Source: Shuttleworthella sp.
Lineage (GTDB): Bacteria > Bacillota > Clostridia > Lachnospirales > Lachnospiraceae
DNA length: 64,000 nucleotides
Direction: 5' to 3'
NCBI GenBank assembly: GCA_045545575.1
Contig: JAZQBE010000028.1
Location: forward strand, 4,618-68,617
How positions within the stretch are numbered: the stretch's first letter is position 1; each line of letters opens with the position of its first letter. The notes under the pieces are model-generated. The model was given only the letters and a program-made list of their open reading frames with translations, was not told where the DNA came from and searched no databases. The position numbers and the translations under genes were made by a program. This document shows, piece after piece, positions 35,495 through 45,472 of the stretch.

Positions 35495-37879
35495 TTATTT
35501 TGCTTCGATCTCCGCCGACGCATCCGCGAATCCCTTCGCGGAGAAGGTCACTTTGATCTTGCCTGCCGCCGTCGCCTTGACCACCGCAAGCGCGCGGCCG
35601 TACCAGGTGGTGTAGGCGCCGTCAAGGTAGTTTTCCTCGCCGCGCGGGTTGGCGCTGCCGAAACCGACCAGCTCGCCGCCTTCGACGGAAACGGTGACCT
35701 TCGCGTCCGCGTTGGACTCCAGCACGCCGTTCTCGCCGCAGATGGATACCGGGATGTAGGCGATGTCGCCGACCGCGACGCAGGTCTCTTCCGGCGCCGG
35801 CACCAGGGACAGCGCGCCTGCCGCGGAGGTCAGGGTGTTCGTACCGGTGACGCTGCCGGCGGCATCATAGGCCGTCACGGTCAGGGTACCCGGCTGGTAG
35901 GAGGCCTTGAAGGTCGCCTTGCAGCCCTTCAGTTTCTTTTTGCCCAGGCTCTTACCGTTAATCGCCACTTCGCAGGACGCCGCGTTGGAATACACCTCCA
36001 GCACGCACTTCGCGCCGTCGCAGCCCTTCCAGCTCCAGGACGCCATCGCGTTGGTGCCTCTCCAGGCCGCCTTGCGCACCTTGTTCGGGTGGTTGCAGGG
36101 CTGCACGCCGACGAAGGGCACGTCGGTCACGTCCCAGGCGGCCTGCGCCAGCGCGACCTGCGCGTCGCCGTCGCCGATGATGTTGAACGCGCCGGCGTCC
36201 GCCAGCTTCCACGGGTAGGGCTTGGCAAACGCGCCGCCGTCGGCCTCGTAGGTCCAGGCGCCGATGCCGTTTTCACCCAGGTAATCCCAGGAGGTCCACA
36301 TGAAATCGCCGACCACGTAGGGAAGCTTCTTCACCATATCCCAGTTTTTCGCGATGTCCTGGGGGAACGTCTCGGAACCGAACACGACGCGGTCCGGATG
36401 CAGCTTTCCTTCCATCGGGTACCGGCCGGAGGCGTAGTTGTATCCGGCGATATCCAGCGCGTCCAGCGACGGGCTGCAGACCTTGTCCACCTTCGAGGAA
36501 TTGGCGGCCTTCGTCATGCCGGTGCCGACCATGGAGACGATCATGTTGTACATGGTGGAGTTCATCCCCATGTCCTTGGTCTTGTCCTGCTGCGCCGCGC
36601 CGCCCTCTTCGTACAGGCCCTTGCCCTTGGCCGCCTGGCTGATGATCATCAGGTTGAAGCCGCCGGTGACCGGACGGGTGCCGTCGATCCTGTGGAGATG
36701 GGCCACCATCTCCTTCGTCTTTTCGATGCCCTTTTCCTTCGCGGGCTCGGAGACTTCGTTTCCGATGGACCACAGGATGATGGACGGGTGGTTGTAGCCG
36801 CGGTCCACCATGGCCTTTAAGTCGTCCAGGTAATGGTCTTCCCAGAAGGTGGCATAGTCGCCCGGGTTCTTGTGCTGATACCACATATCCCAGGCTTCAT
36901 CCATCAGGTACATGCCGATCTCGTCGCAGGCGGCGATCAGCGCCGGGGACGCCGGGTTGTGCGCCATGCGGATCGCGTTGAAGCCGGCTTCCTTTAAGAT
37001 ACGCACGCGGCGGGCTTCGGCCTTCGCGAAGGTCTTCGCGCCGAGCACGCCGTTGTCATGATGGATGCAGCCGCCCTGCAGAAGCACGGATTTGCCGTTC
37101 ACGAGAAGACCCTGCGCGGCATTCCACGCGATCTGACGGATACCGGTGCGCTCCACGGCGCAGTCCACCGCCTCGCCGCCCTTTTTCAGGGTGACGCAGA
37201 CATCGTACAGGAAGGGATCCTCCGCCGACCAGAGCCGGGCGTCGGGAACGTCGAGGGTTACGGTGCCCAGGCCGTCCGCGACCGCCGCTTCGCCGGTGAC
37301 AACCGCGTCCGTCATCCCTTTTTCACACAGACACACCTCGACGGCATCGCCCGCGCCGACAGTCTGCACGGAAACCTCCAGCACCGCCGGGCTGACCGAC
37401 TTTGTGGTGCAGCGGATGCCTTCGGGACAGATCGCGTCTTTGCCGCCGACCCACAGCCAGACCGGACGGTAGATGCCGGCGCCGGAATACCAGCGGCTGG
37501 CGGGCTGATTCATGTTGTCGCACTCCACGCGGATCGTATTGACTTCGCCGTATTTCAGTCTGCCGTCCGCGGATACGAAGAACGGAATATAGCCATAGGG
37601 GCGGGGGCCTTCGGCCGGCTCACCGTTGAAATAGACCTTCGCGTCCTGATACACGCCTTCAAACTGGAACAGCACGGTCTGGTTTTCCCACTCCGCCGGC
37701 GCTTCAAAGGTCTTTTCGTAAACATACGCGCCGCCCGGATAGTAGCCCTGGGCGTCGCCGGCCTTCGCGTCGCGGCTGCGGACACGCTCAAACATGGCGT
37801 CGTGGGGCAGGCAGACCGTCTTGCTTCTGCCGGTCTCGTCCGTCACGGTCCAGTTTTCAATGAATGGCAACTTCTGCAT
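35495..37879 (-). CDS. Glycoside hydrolase family 2 (beta-galactosidase-like), intracellular
   Basis: 'FNAIRMAHNP', 'HPSIILWSIGNE' (acid/base Glu) and Ig-like C-terminal domains. Length is 794 aa. Confidence 0.85.
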   Translation of the reverse strand: MQKLPFIENWTVTDETGRSKTVCLPHDAMFERVRSRDAKAGDAQGYYPGGAYVYEKTFEAPAEWENQTVLFQFEGVYQDAKVYFNGEPAEGPRPYGYIPFFVSADGRLKYGEVNTIRVECDNMNQPASRWYSGAGIYRPVWLWVGGKDAICPEGIRCTTKSVSPAVLEVSVQTVGAGDAVEVCLCEKGMTDAVVTGEAAVADGLGTVTLDVPDARLWSAEDPFLYDVCVTLKKGGEAVDCAVERTGIRQIAWNAAQGLLVNGKSVLLQGGCIHHDNGVLGAKTFAKAEARRVRILKEAGFNAIRMAHNPASPALIAACDEIGMYLMDEAWDMWYQHKNPGDYATFWEDHYLDDLKAMVDRGYNHPSIILWSIGNEVSEPAKEKGIEKTKEMVAHLHRIDGTRPVTGGFNLMIISQAAKGKGLYEEGGAAQQDKTKDMGMNSTMYNMIVSMVGTGMTKAANSSKVDKVCSPSLDALDIAGYNYASGRYPMEGKLHPDRVVFGSETFPQDIAKNWDMVKKLPYVVGDFMWTSWDYLGENGIGAWTYEADGGAFAKPYPWKLADAGAFNIIGDGDAQVALAQAAWDVTDVPFVGVQPCNHPNKVRKAAWRGTNAMASWSWKGCDGAKCVLEVYSNAASCEVAINGKSLGKKKLKGCKATFKASYQPGTLTVTAYDAAGSVTGTNTLTSAAGALSLVPAPEETCVAVGDIAYIPVSICGENGVLESNADAKVTVSVEGGELVGFGSANPRGEENYLDGAYTTWYGRALAVVKATAAGKIKVTFSAKGFADASAEIEAK

Positions 37880-38158
37880 GGTATTCTCCCTTCTTCTCTT
37901 GACATCTGCAATCCTGCATTTGTTCCCGGATGTTCTGTTCGCGGCGTGCAGTCCCCACGGCAGCGCCTGCGTACCTGTGCTATCATCGTACCGAATAAAC
38001 GCCGCGCTCCTGTATCAATATTCTGTCACTTTTCTTATTATTCAGCCCAGTCCTTGAACTGTGCGCCTGTTTCCATTAGAATAAATCAAAGCATCCGCGC
38101 TTCGCCGCGCGGGGGTTCGCGGCCGCGTCTGCCGCCTGTTTTGAAAAGAGGTCTTCTT

Positions 38159-38536
38159 ATGAAAATCCAGGAATCCGCCCAGGACTACCTTGAGTCCATC
38201 CTGATCCTTTCCCGCCGGCAGGGCAACGTGCGCGCCACGGACATCTGCTCCTACTTCGGCTATGCCCGCGCGACGGTGTCCGTGTTCATTCACCAGCTGG
38301 AGGACAACGGCTACGTCGTCATCGACGAAAACCGCCACATCTCTCTCACGGACGAAGGCCGGCAGATCGCCGAGGAAATGCTCGAGCGCCATGAATTCTT
38401 CTCCGACTTCTTCATCCGCCTCGGCGTGGACGAACAGACCGCCCGCAACGATGCCTGCCGCATCGAACACTATATCAGCGAGCAGACCTTCCGCGCGCTG
38501 CAGAAAGCCGCGGAACAGCTCCTGCCGAACGACTGA
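38159..38536 (+). CDS. DtxR/MntR-family metal-dependent transcriptional regulator
   Basis: ATG at 38159. 'SAQDYLESILILSRRQGNVRATDICSYFGYARATVSVFIHQLEDNGYV' plus a metal-site helix 'ACRIEHYIS'. Only the last 125 codons of the 492-aa track ORF are credible. Confidence 0.85.
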   Translation: MKIQESAQDYLESILILSRRQGNVRATDICSYFGYARATVSVFIHQLEDNGYVVIDENRHISLTDEGRQIAEEMLERHEFFSDFFIRLGVDEQTARNDACRIEHYISEQTFRALQKAAEQLLPND

Positions 38537-38543
38537 AACCCAA

Positions 38544-38581
38544 GAAGCGTGACCGATCCGGTCACGCTTCTCTTTGTTTTT
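38544..38581 (+). terminator. Bidirectional terminator between the MntR-like gene and the GH78-like gene
   Basis: GAAGCGTGACC-GATC-CGGTCACGCTTC followed by TCTTTGTTTTT. Confidence 0.7.
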
Positions 38582-38586
38582 CCGGT

Positions 38587-40665
38587 TTACAGCCGCTCCT
38601 CCACCGTCACACCGGCCGGCAGTTCGATCCGCCTTTCCCCAAGCACCAGCGCACCGCCTGCCCGGCTCGCCGTCACCGATACGCGGCCGTCTTCCAGGTG
38701 TACGTGCACCTCGCCGCCCTCGATCGGCACGACGCCGTCGTACATGGAAAGCGGTCCGGGCACCGGACGCACCTCAAAGGTCTTCCAGGCAACGTCCGTG
38801 CGCTTGACGCCCAGCCGGTAACGGCCCAGCAGATAGACGGGGCTGGTGCTCCACGCATGGCACAGCGATTTGCCGAAGGGCCGGTTGTACATCGCGTAAT
38901 TCGACACGCGGTCCTGGTTCGGATCGAACTCCTCGTACAGCGTCGTCGCGCCCTGGTCGAGCATCGGTCCGAAGTAGTCGCAAATCAGGTCCTCGATGGC
39001 CTCCGAATGGCCCATGCGGCATTTGACCCGCATCTCATAGAAGCGGAAATAGGGCGTGGTGATCGGCGGATAGGCGTCGTTTTCGAGGACGCTGTGATAG
39101 ACCCTTTCCTTCCACGCGTCGTCGCAGTGCAGATACAGGAGCGCCAGGATGTTGTTCTGCCGGGTCACGTGGCGCAGACCGGATTCGTGGCAGTCCACGA
39201 AGGCTTCCAGTTCTTCGTCGTAGAAATCCGCCAGGATGTGCTCCTCCAGCACGTCCGCCTCCACGTCCCAGTCAAAGGACGTGTCGAACCGCCGCAGAAT
39301 CGGCGACTGATGCTCTCTGAGCACCCGCTGCAGGCGGCTGAAGCTGCGCATCGCGATCGACAGCAGGATCTGCTCTCCCAGAAGCGCGCCGCTCTTGTCC
39401 ATTTCCGCCCAGTCGATGAACACCCAGTCCGTGACGCGTCCGCGCACGTAACCGTCCACGCTGCGGCGGCTGTCGCAGAATTCCATCACGGCCTGCGCCC
39501 GCGGGTAGATCAGCTCCAGGAAGCGCACGTCGCCGTATTCCGCGTAGTACTCCCACAGGCTCATCAGCCAGAAATAGCTGTAGTCCATGATCGTGTTGAT
39601 GTACTGCTTCACGGGCAGGCGGCCGCCCAAAGCGATCAGCGTGCGGCGCTCGGCCTCGCGGTCGCGGAACAGATAGCGGTCCACGAACAGGCTCTGGTAG
39701 GCATCCGCCGACCACACCCAGCGGTCGCGCTTGACGCCGTCGAGGAAGAATTCCCGGTCATTTAATTTGAACGTGTACGCCGCCGTGTTCCACAGCTGCG
39801 TCACCTTCGGATCGCTGCAGGAAAACGACGCCCGCTGCTCCACCTTCGGCAGCAGCGACACGACATGGGGCTGCGCTTCGGCCTCGCTGAAAAACAGATA
39901 GCGGAACGCGTTGTCGCAGAGGGAAATCTCCTGTCCCTTCCGGATCCGGCCCGGGTTCTCGATCAGCGGCTGCGCCAGGTCCTGAAGCAGCGACGGGTTT
40001 TCCATCGGCCCCTCTTCGCCGCGGTACACCTCGCAGATCTCGCTGTTGCCGATATCCAGCGCTTCCTCGCGGGATTCGCCGAAGCTGATCACCAGATCGC
40101 GGCCGGAGGTGCCCGTAACGGTCAGCTCGGCCATCAGCTCCTTCCCGTAATCGTAGAGCACACCGCCGTTGACGGCCTCTTTTGCCACGGGTTCTTCCGG
40201 GATGCGGTCAAAGGCGAATACCGTCGGCAGCACGTCCGGATCGGTGTACAGCGGCGAGCATTCCGCCGGCGTCCAGTCGCCCGTCACGTCGTCCGCCTCC
40301 CAGGTGCCGTCCGTCTCCACCAGGCCGGACACGTACAGTGCCCCGAAGGTATCAATCGCCTGCACCGTAATGATCAGAGAATACTCGCCCGCGTGCAGGT
40401 CGAGTTCCGCCGTGCCGACGTATTCCTCCATCGAATAGCCGCCGGTGGACATCTCCGGAAGCAGCACCACGCGGAACGGCCCCGTCGTGCGGATGGAAAT
40501 GTGTCCGCCTTCCGTTTGAATATCCTTCTTGAAGCGCACCGTCGGCTCCGGGCTGTACAGCTTCCAGACCGCCGGGTAATTCGCGCCGCGGTTGCGCCGC
40601 CGTCCCTGCACCAGCAGGTGATGATACATTTCAAAATCGCCGAAACGCCAGATCCATGAACTCAT
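38587..40665 (-). CDS. GH78-related six-hairpin glycosidase (rhamnosidase-like), intracellular
   Basis: 'FLDGVKRDRWVWSADAY' parallels the GH78 'DCPQRDERLGWTGDA' block. There is also a late 'CHAWSTSPVYLL'. Assignment is by motif only. Confidence 0.6.
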   Translation of the reverse strand: MSSWIWRFGDFEMYHHLLVQGRRRNRGANYPAVWKLYSPEPTVRFKKDIQTEGGHISIRTTGPFRVVLLPEMSTGGYSMEEYVGTAELDLHAGEYSLIITVQAIDTFGALYVSGLVETDGTWEADDVTGDWTPAECSPLYTDPDVLPTVFAFDRIPEEPVAKEAVNGGVLYDYGKELMAELTVTGTSGRDLVISFGESREEALDIGNSEICEVYRGEEGPMENPSLLQDLAQPLIENPGRIRKGQEISLCDNAFRYLFFSEAEAQPHVVSLLPKVEQRASFSCSDPKVTQLWNTAAYTFKLNDREFFLDGVKRDRWVWSADAYQSLFVDRYLFRDREAERRTLIALGGRLPVKQYINTIMDYSYFWLMSLWEYYAEYGDVRFLELIYPRAQAVMEFCDSRRSVDGYVRGRVTDWVFIDWAEMDKSGALLGEQILLSIAMRSFSRLQRVLREHQSPILRRFDTSFDWDVEADVLEEHILADFYDEELEAFVDCHESGLRHVTRQNNILALLYLHCDDAWKERVYHSVLENDAYPPITTPYFRFYEMRVKCRMGHSEAIEDLICDYFGPMLDQGATTLYEEFDPNQDRVSNYAMYNRPFGKSLCHAWSTSPVYLLGRYRLGVKRTDVAWKTFEVRPVPGPLSMYDGVVPIEGGEVHVHLEDGRVSVTASRAGGALVLGERRIELPAGVTVEERL

Positions 40666-40843
40666 AGAGAACCTCCGAAACCGGTAAAGAACGCTGCCAA
40701 TGTGTCTTTTGTTATTCTAACATAGTTTACCCGCCGAAAAACAGAAAAAGGAAATCTGAAATAAACCGTTTTCCTTCGTGTAACCTTTGGCAGTTATGAT
40801 ACAATAGTTTTATCGTACCCGTTATTCTCAAAAGGAGGTTCTC

Positions 40844-43693
40844 ATGGATTACCGTCAGATGATCGGCTTTGTCACCGGCAAGCCGAGCAGGCACCCGTTC
40901 CCCGAGCACATGAAGGACATCCGGCGCATGGCCGCCGACGGCATGGTGCTTCTGAAGAACGATAACAGCACGCTTCCGCTGCAGAGCGACCGCGTCGCCC
41001 TCTTCGGCGGCGGCGCCGTGGAAACCGTTTTCTGTGGAACCGGATCCGGCTTCGTATTCGCCCCCTGCACCGTCACGGTGGAGCAGGGTCTGGAAGACGC
41101 CGGATTTGAAATCACGTCCCGCTCCTGGCTGGACCGTTTCCGCGCGGAAAACGAGCGCGCCAACAAAGAGGACAAGACGCTCTCCCGCATCGACCGGATG
41201 TGGAGCGGCCTGTCCGTCTTAATCGATGACATCCCGGTCACCGACGCAGAGATCGCGGTCGCGGCTTCCGCGGATACCGCCGTCTACGTCATCCGCCGCA
41301 ACGCCGGCGAAGGCGGCGACCGCAAAGCCGAAAAAGGCGATTACTATCTGTCCGATGTCGAGCGGGACAACCTGACCCGCATCGCCGCCGCATTCCGCCA
41401 TGTCGTGGTGGTGTTAAACACCTGCGTCATCGACGCAAACTTCATCGACGAGATCCCCGGCATCGACGCGGCCCTCATCATGAGCCTGCCCGGCGCGGAG
41501 GGCGGTCACGCCCTTGCCGACGTCCTGTGCGGAGACACCTGCCCCGGCGGCCGTCTGACCGACACCTGGGCGCGCCGGTACGAGGACAATCCGGCCAGCG
41601 CCACCTTCAGCGAAAACGACGGCGATTCCCTGCAGGAGGATTACACCGAGGACATCTTCGTCGGCTACCGCTGTTTCGACAGCTTCGGCATCGATCCGCT
41701 GTATCCCTTCGGCTACGGCTTAAGCTACACCACCTTCGAAACGAAGGTGACCGGTTTTGCCGCCGACTGGAAAAATGTCACGATCACGGCCGACGTCACC
41801 AACACCGGCGATGCGTCCGCCCGCGAAGTCGTCCAGGTCTATGTCTCCGCCCCGGAGGCCGGCCTGCCCAAGCCCTGGCAGGAGCTGCGCGGCTATAAGA
41901 AGACCGGTCTTCTCGCCCCGGGCAAGAGCCAGCAGCTGACCATCACGATTCCGACGGAAAGTCTGGCCTCCTATGATACGAAAAAGGCCGCCTGGGTGCT
42001 CGAAGCCGGCGACTATCTGTTCCGCGTCGGCAGCCACAGCCGCGCCACGTCCGTCGCTGCTGTCCTGACCCTGGACGAAACCGCCATTGTCCGCCAGCTT
42101 TCCAACAAGCTTTCGCCGGACCACGAACTGGATCTTCTTGTCCCGCCGGCCCGCGGCGAAGCCGCTGCAAGAGCCGCCGCCGGCCGCTGGCCGCTGCCGG
42201 ATTCGGACGTTCCCGCCGACGCGCTGCGCTGCGCCCTGGCCGCCGCCGGCTGCGAAACCATCGAAAACCGCTGCGACACGCCGAAGGAGCTGCTGGCCTC
42301 CGTCGACGGAACCCACGTCCGCTGCACCGCGTCCTATCCGTCCGAAGGCGACTGCGCGGCCAATCCGGCCGCGACCCTCATCGACGTCGCCGAAGGCCGC
42401 GTGCGGATGGAAGCCTTCGTGAACTCCCTCGATCCCCAGGTGCTGCTGCGCCTGATCGCGGGCGCCGCCAACGAAACGAAATACAGCGTGCCCTCGCGGT
42501 TTGCGTCCACCGGCACGGCTTCCCTGCCCCCGTTCCTGCAGAAGCTCGCGGACGCCGTTCCTGCCGCCGGCAAGCTGCCGCTGCCGGCCCTCGGCGGATA
42601 TCGTCCGATCAGCGGACCGAGTTCCTCCGGCGGGACGACCGCCTTGTTTGCCTCCACCCTCGGCATCCCGAACTGGCTGGTCACCGATGGCCCGGCCGGC
42701 CTGCATCTGCCGCTGTGCGGCGCGACGGACAACCCGGTCGGCATGGCCTTAGCCCAGACCTGGGACGACGATGCCCTGGAGCTTTCCGGTGAAATCATCG
42801 GCCGCGAGCTGAAATTCTATAACTACAGCATCATCCTCGGTCCCGGCATGAACATCCACCGCGACCCGCTGTGCGGACGCAACTTCGAATACTTCGCGGA
42901 AGATCCGCTGCTCTCCGGCCGCTGCGCCGCCCGGATCACGATCGGCGTGCAGAAGACCCCCGGTGCCGGCGTCTCCATCAAGCATTTCTGCTGCAACGAC
43001 CAGGAGGAAAACCGCACGCTGATGAACGCCACCGTCTCCGAGCGCGCCCTGCGCGAGATTCATCTGCGCGGCTTTGAATACTGCGTGCGCGAAGCCGATC
43101 CGAAGACGATCATGACCAGCTACAACAAGCTGAACGGCGTGCAGACCTCTTCCAGTTACGAGCTGCTGACCGAAGTGGTGCGCGGCGAGTGGGGCTTCAA
43201 CGGCCTGTTCATGACCGACTGGGGCACGAAGAGCGTTAAGGCCTATGACTACGCGGCCGGCAACGACCTGGTCATGGGCGGCTACCGCAGCGAATTCCTG
43301 ACCGCGGCCCTCGAAGCGAAGGCGCCCGAATTCGCCCCCGACGGCTTCGTCAAAACGGAAACCTTCAAGGTCTTCGGCGGATTCTTTAATGAAGAAGTGG
43401 AATTCTGGAACGTCTTCGTTCCGGATGCGGACGGAGAAGATACGGTGGAAACCACCGTGGAACCCGGCGTGACGCTGAACGCGAAAGTCGCGGAATACGT
43501 CGAAGCCGGCAAGGCTTCCGTGGAAGACCTGCCCGGCGGCCGCAAGAAGATCACGTACAAAGGCAAAGACCGCGGCCAGTACCTCTTCCTCGACGACGTG
43601 AAACGCTGCGCCGCCCGCGTGCTGTGGCAGTTGGTGGATTCCGTATCGTACCGCGTGATGACAAAGAAAGAGCCGGTGGTGAAGCGCGGGTAA
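40844..43693 (+). CDS. Glycoside hydrolase family 3 (beta-glucosidase-like) with permuted domain order
   Basis: RBS AAAGGAGG. The alpha/beta-sandwich domain comes first ('MVLLKNDNSTLPL..VALFG'). An Fn3-like domain follows ('VVQVYVSAPEAGLPKPWQELRGYKK'). The catalytic barrel comes last ('GPGMNIHRDPLCGRNFEYFAEDP', 'KHFCCNDQEENR', nucleophile 'GLFMTDWG'). Confidence 0.85.
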   Translation: MDYRQMIGFVTGKPSRHPFPEHMKDIRRMAADGMVLLKNDNSTLPLQSDRVALFGGGAVETVFCGTGSGFVFAPCTVTVEQGLEDAGFEITSRSWLDRFRAENERANKEDKTLSRIDRMWSGLSVLIDDIPVTDAEIAVAASADTAVYVIRRNAGEGGDRKAEKGDYYLSDVERDNLTRIAAAFRHVVVVLNTCVIDANFIDEIPGIDAALIMSLPGAEGGHALADVLCGDTCPGGRLTDTWARRYEDNPASATFSENDGDSLQEDYTEDIFVGYRCFDSFGIDPLYPFGYGLSYTTFETKVTGFAADWKNVTITADVTNTGDASAREVVQVYVSAPEAGLPKPWQELRGYKKTGLLAPGKSQQLTITIPTESLASYDTKKAAWVLEAGDYLFRVGSHSRATSVAAVLTLDETAIVRQLSNKLSPDHELDLLVPPARGEAAARAAAGRWPLPDSDVPADALRCALAAAGCETIENRCDTPKELLASVDGTHVRCTASYPSEGDCAANPAATLIDVAEGRVRMEAFVNSLDPQVLLRLIAGAANETKYSVPSRFASTGTASLPPFLQKLADAVPAAGKLPLPALGGYRPISGPSSSGGTTALFASTLGIPNWLVTDGPAGLHLPLCGATDNPVGMALAQTWDDDALELSGEIIGRELKFYNYSIILGPGMNIHRDPLCGRNFEYFAEDPLLSGRCAARITIGVQKTPGAGVSIKHFCCNDQEENRTLMNATVSERALREIHLRGFEYCVREADPKTIMTSYNKLNGVQTSSSYELLTEVVRGEWGFNGLFMTDWGTKSVKAYDYAAGNDLVMGGYRSEFLTAALEAKAPEFAPDGFVKTETFKVFGGFFNEEVEFWNVFVPDADGEDTVETTVEPGVTLNAKVAEYVEAGKASVEDLPGGRKKITYKGKDRGQYLFLDDVKRCAARVLWQLVDSVSYRVMTKKEPVVKRG

Positions 43694-43726
43694 GGCGTGC
43701 CGCCGTCGTCGTCTTTAGGCGAAGCA

Positions 43727-43937
43727 GAAAAAGAGGCGTATTTTCGGGCATTTTGCCCGAAAATACGCCTCTTTTGGCTTCTGGCCGCTGTTTTGCGCGA
43801 AAACCGCCATTTCAGCGCCTGCCGCGGGCAGAATGCCCAAAATAAAGCCCTGTTTGGCGCCCGGCCGCCATTTTGCGGAAAAACAGCCAAATCGGGGTCT
43901 GATGCGGGCATAATTGCCCGCGTCAGACCCCGATTTG
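43727..43937. repeat. Three tandem ~80-nt hairpin-bearing units between GH3 and pyk (these include the terminators of both genes)
   Basis: There are 22-bp hairpins at 43728-43775 and 43888-43937 and a degenerate middle copy at about 43820-43835. All three have a GGGCA-N3/4-TGCCC apex. Units 1 and 2 share the tail TTTGGC..GGCCGC..TTTTGCG(C)GAAAA. Confidence 0.55.
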
Positions 43938-43979
43938 CCTTCAAACTTCTGATTACGGCCCCGGATAACCCGCGCCGTT

Positions 43980-45419
43980 TTACACCACATGCGCCTTCAG
44001 CAGGTTTGTCGTTCCGGCGATGCCCAGCGGTACGCCGGCCGTCATGACGACGGTGTCTCCTTCGACGACAAAGCCTTTCTCTTCCAGCACTTCGATCGCA
44101 TAGTCAAACAGCTCGTTGATGTCGCTTTTTTCCTCTAAGAGCAGCGGCGTAATGCCCCAGCACAGGTTCAGCTGCCGGCACACCTTGTCCGTCAGGCAGC
44201 CGCCGATGATCGGGCTCTGGGGGCGGTAGCGGCTGACCATCTGCGCGGTCCGGCCGGACTTCGACACCGAAACGATGCAGCGCGCGTCCAGGTCGCCGGC
44301 CATCATGCAGGCCGTGTGCGAAATGGCATCGGAAATGCTCTCGTGGGACATCAGCGTCGCTTCGCGGTTGCGCAGCTGCTGCAGATACGGGATGTTCTTC
44401 TCCGTGCGCACCGCGATCCGGTCCATCATCTCCACGGCCTCCACCGGATACTTACCTGCCGCCGTCTCGCCCGAAAGCATGATGGCGCTGGTGCCGTCGT
44501 AAATCGCGTTGGCCACGTCCGTCACCTCGGCACGGGTCGGCCGCGGATGCTGAATCATGGAATCAAGCATCTGCGTCGCCGTGATGACGACCTTGCTGGC
44601 GGAAACGGTCTTTTTGATGATCATCTTCTGAATGATCGGCACTTCTTCGAGCGGGATTTCCACGCCCATGTCGCCGCGGGCCACCATCACACCGTCCGCC
44701 GCTTCGATGATGGCGTCGATGTTGTCGATGCCCTGGTTGTTTTCGATTTTCGCGATGATGCGGATATCGTCGCCGCCGTACTGGTGCAGCAGGTCGCGGA
44801 TCGCCCGGATGTCGTCCGCCGTTCGCGTAAAGGACGCCGCGATGTAATCGAAGTCGTTCTGCACGCCGAAGAGGATATCCTTCTTGTCCTTGGTGCTTAA
44901 ATAGGGCATGGACAGTTCCACGTTCGGCACGTTGACGCCCTTGCGGTTGGACACCTTGCCGCCGTTTCGGACCTCACAGGTGATGTCCGTCTCGGTCACC
45001 TTCCGGACCACCATCTCGATCAGGCCGTCGTCGATCAGGATGTGATCGTCCGGCTTCACGTCGTCCGGCAGGTCGCCGTAGGTGATGGAGACGATCTCGG
45101 ACGTGCCGGGCACGTCGCGCGTCGTCAGCGTAAAGGTCTGGCCGGGCTCCAGGAACACCGGGCCGTTTTCAAAGGTCTTTAAGCGGATTTCCGGACCCTT
45201 GGTGTCCAGAAGCGCCGCCACCGGCAGCCCCAGTTTTTCCCGCACGGCCTTGAAGTGCTCCAGGCGGGCCAGCTGTTCGGAATGCTCCCCGTGGGAAAAG
45301 TTGAAGCGGGCAACGTTCATGCCGGCTTTCATTACTTTTTCAAGCACGCCTTCCTGGTCTGTGGCGGGGCCCAGCGTGCAGATGATTTTGGTTTTGCGTC
45401 GGTACGGTTTTTTCTTCAT
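43980..45419 (-). CDS. pyk: Pyruvate kinase
   Basis: ATG at 45419 behind GGAGAGGG. 'TKIICTLGPAT', 'NFSHG' and 'MVARGDMGVEIP'. Length is 479 aa. Confidence 0.93.
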   Translation of the reverse strand: MKKKPYRRKTKIICTLGPATDQEGVLEKVMKAGMNVARFNFSHGEHSEQLARLEHFKAVREKLGLPVAALLDTKGPEIRLKTFENGPVFLEPGQTFTLTTRDVPGTSEIVSITYGDLPDDVKPDDHILIDDGLIEMVVRKVTETDITCEVRNGGKVSNRKGVNVPNVELSMPYLSTKDKKDILFGVQNDFDYIAASFTRTADDIRAIRDLLHQYGGDDIRIIAKIENNQGIDNIDAIIEAADGVMVARGDMGVEIPLEEVPIIQKMIIKKTVSASKVVITATQMLDSMIQHPRPTRAEVTDVANAIYDGTSAIMLSGETAAGKYPVEAVEMMDRIAVRTEKNIPYLQQLRNREATLMSHESISDAISHTACMMAGDLDARCIVSVSKSGRTAQMVSRYRPQSPIIGGCLTDKVCRQLNLCWGITPLLLEEKSDINELFDYAIEVLEEKGFVVEGDTVVMTAGVPLGIAGTTNLLKAHVV

Positions 45420-45440
45420 GGATTCCCTCTCCATATGGAC

Positions 45441-45472
45441 AAAAAAATGCGGCACCATAATAGTACCGCATC
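45441..45472 (-). terminator. Hairpin plus T7 tract after htrA, only ~20 nt before the pyk start
   Basis: Reverse strand: ATGCGGTAC-TATTATG-GTGCCGCAT followed by TTTTTTT. Confidence 0.55.

Noticed and set aside
37058-38536. A 492-aa forward ORF spanning the GH2 gene antisense and the MntR-like gene.
   Set aside because: Only the last 125 codons (from ATG 38159) look like a real protein of the DtxR/MntR family. The upstream part is antisense to GH2 and is compositional noise.
40779-40792. A cre-like (CcpA) site TGTAACCTTTGGCA overlapping the GH3 promoter region.
   Set aside because: There are two mismatches at conserved positions of the cre consensus (central CG and the W at position 12). 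It cannot be distinguished from chance without a scored scan.
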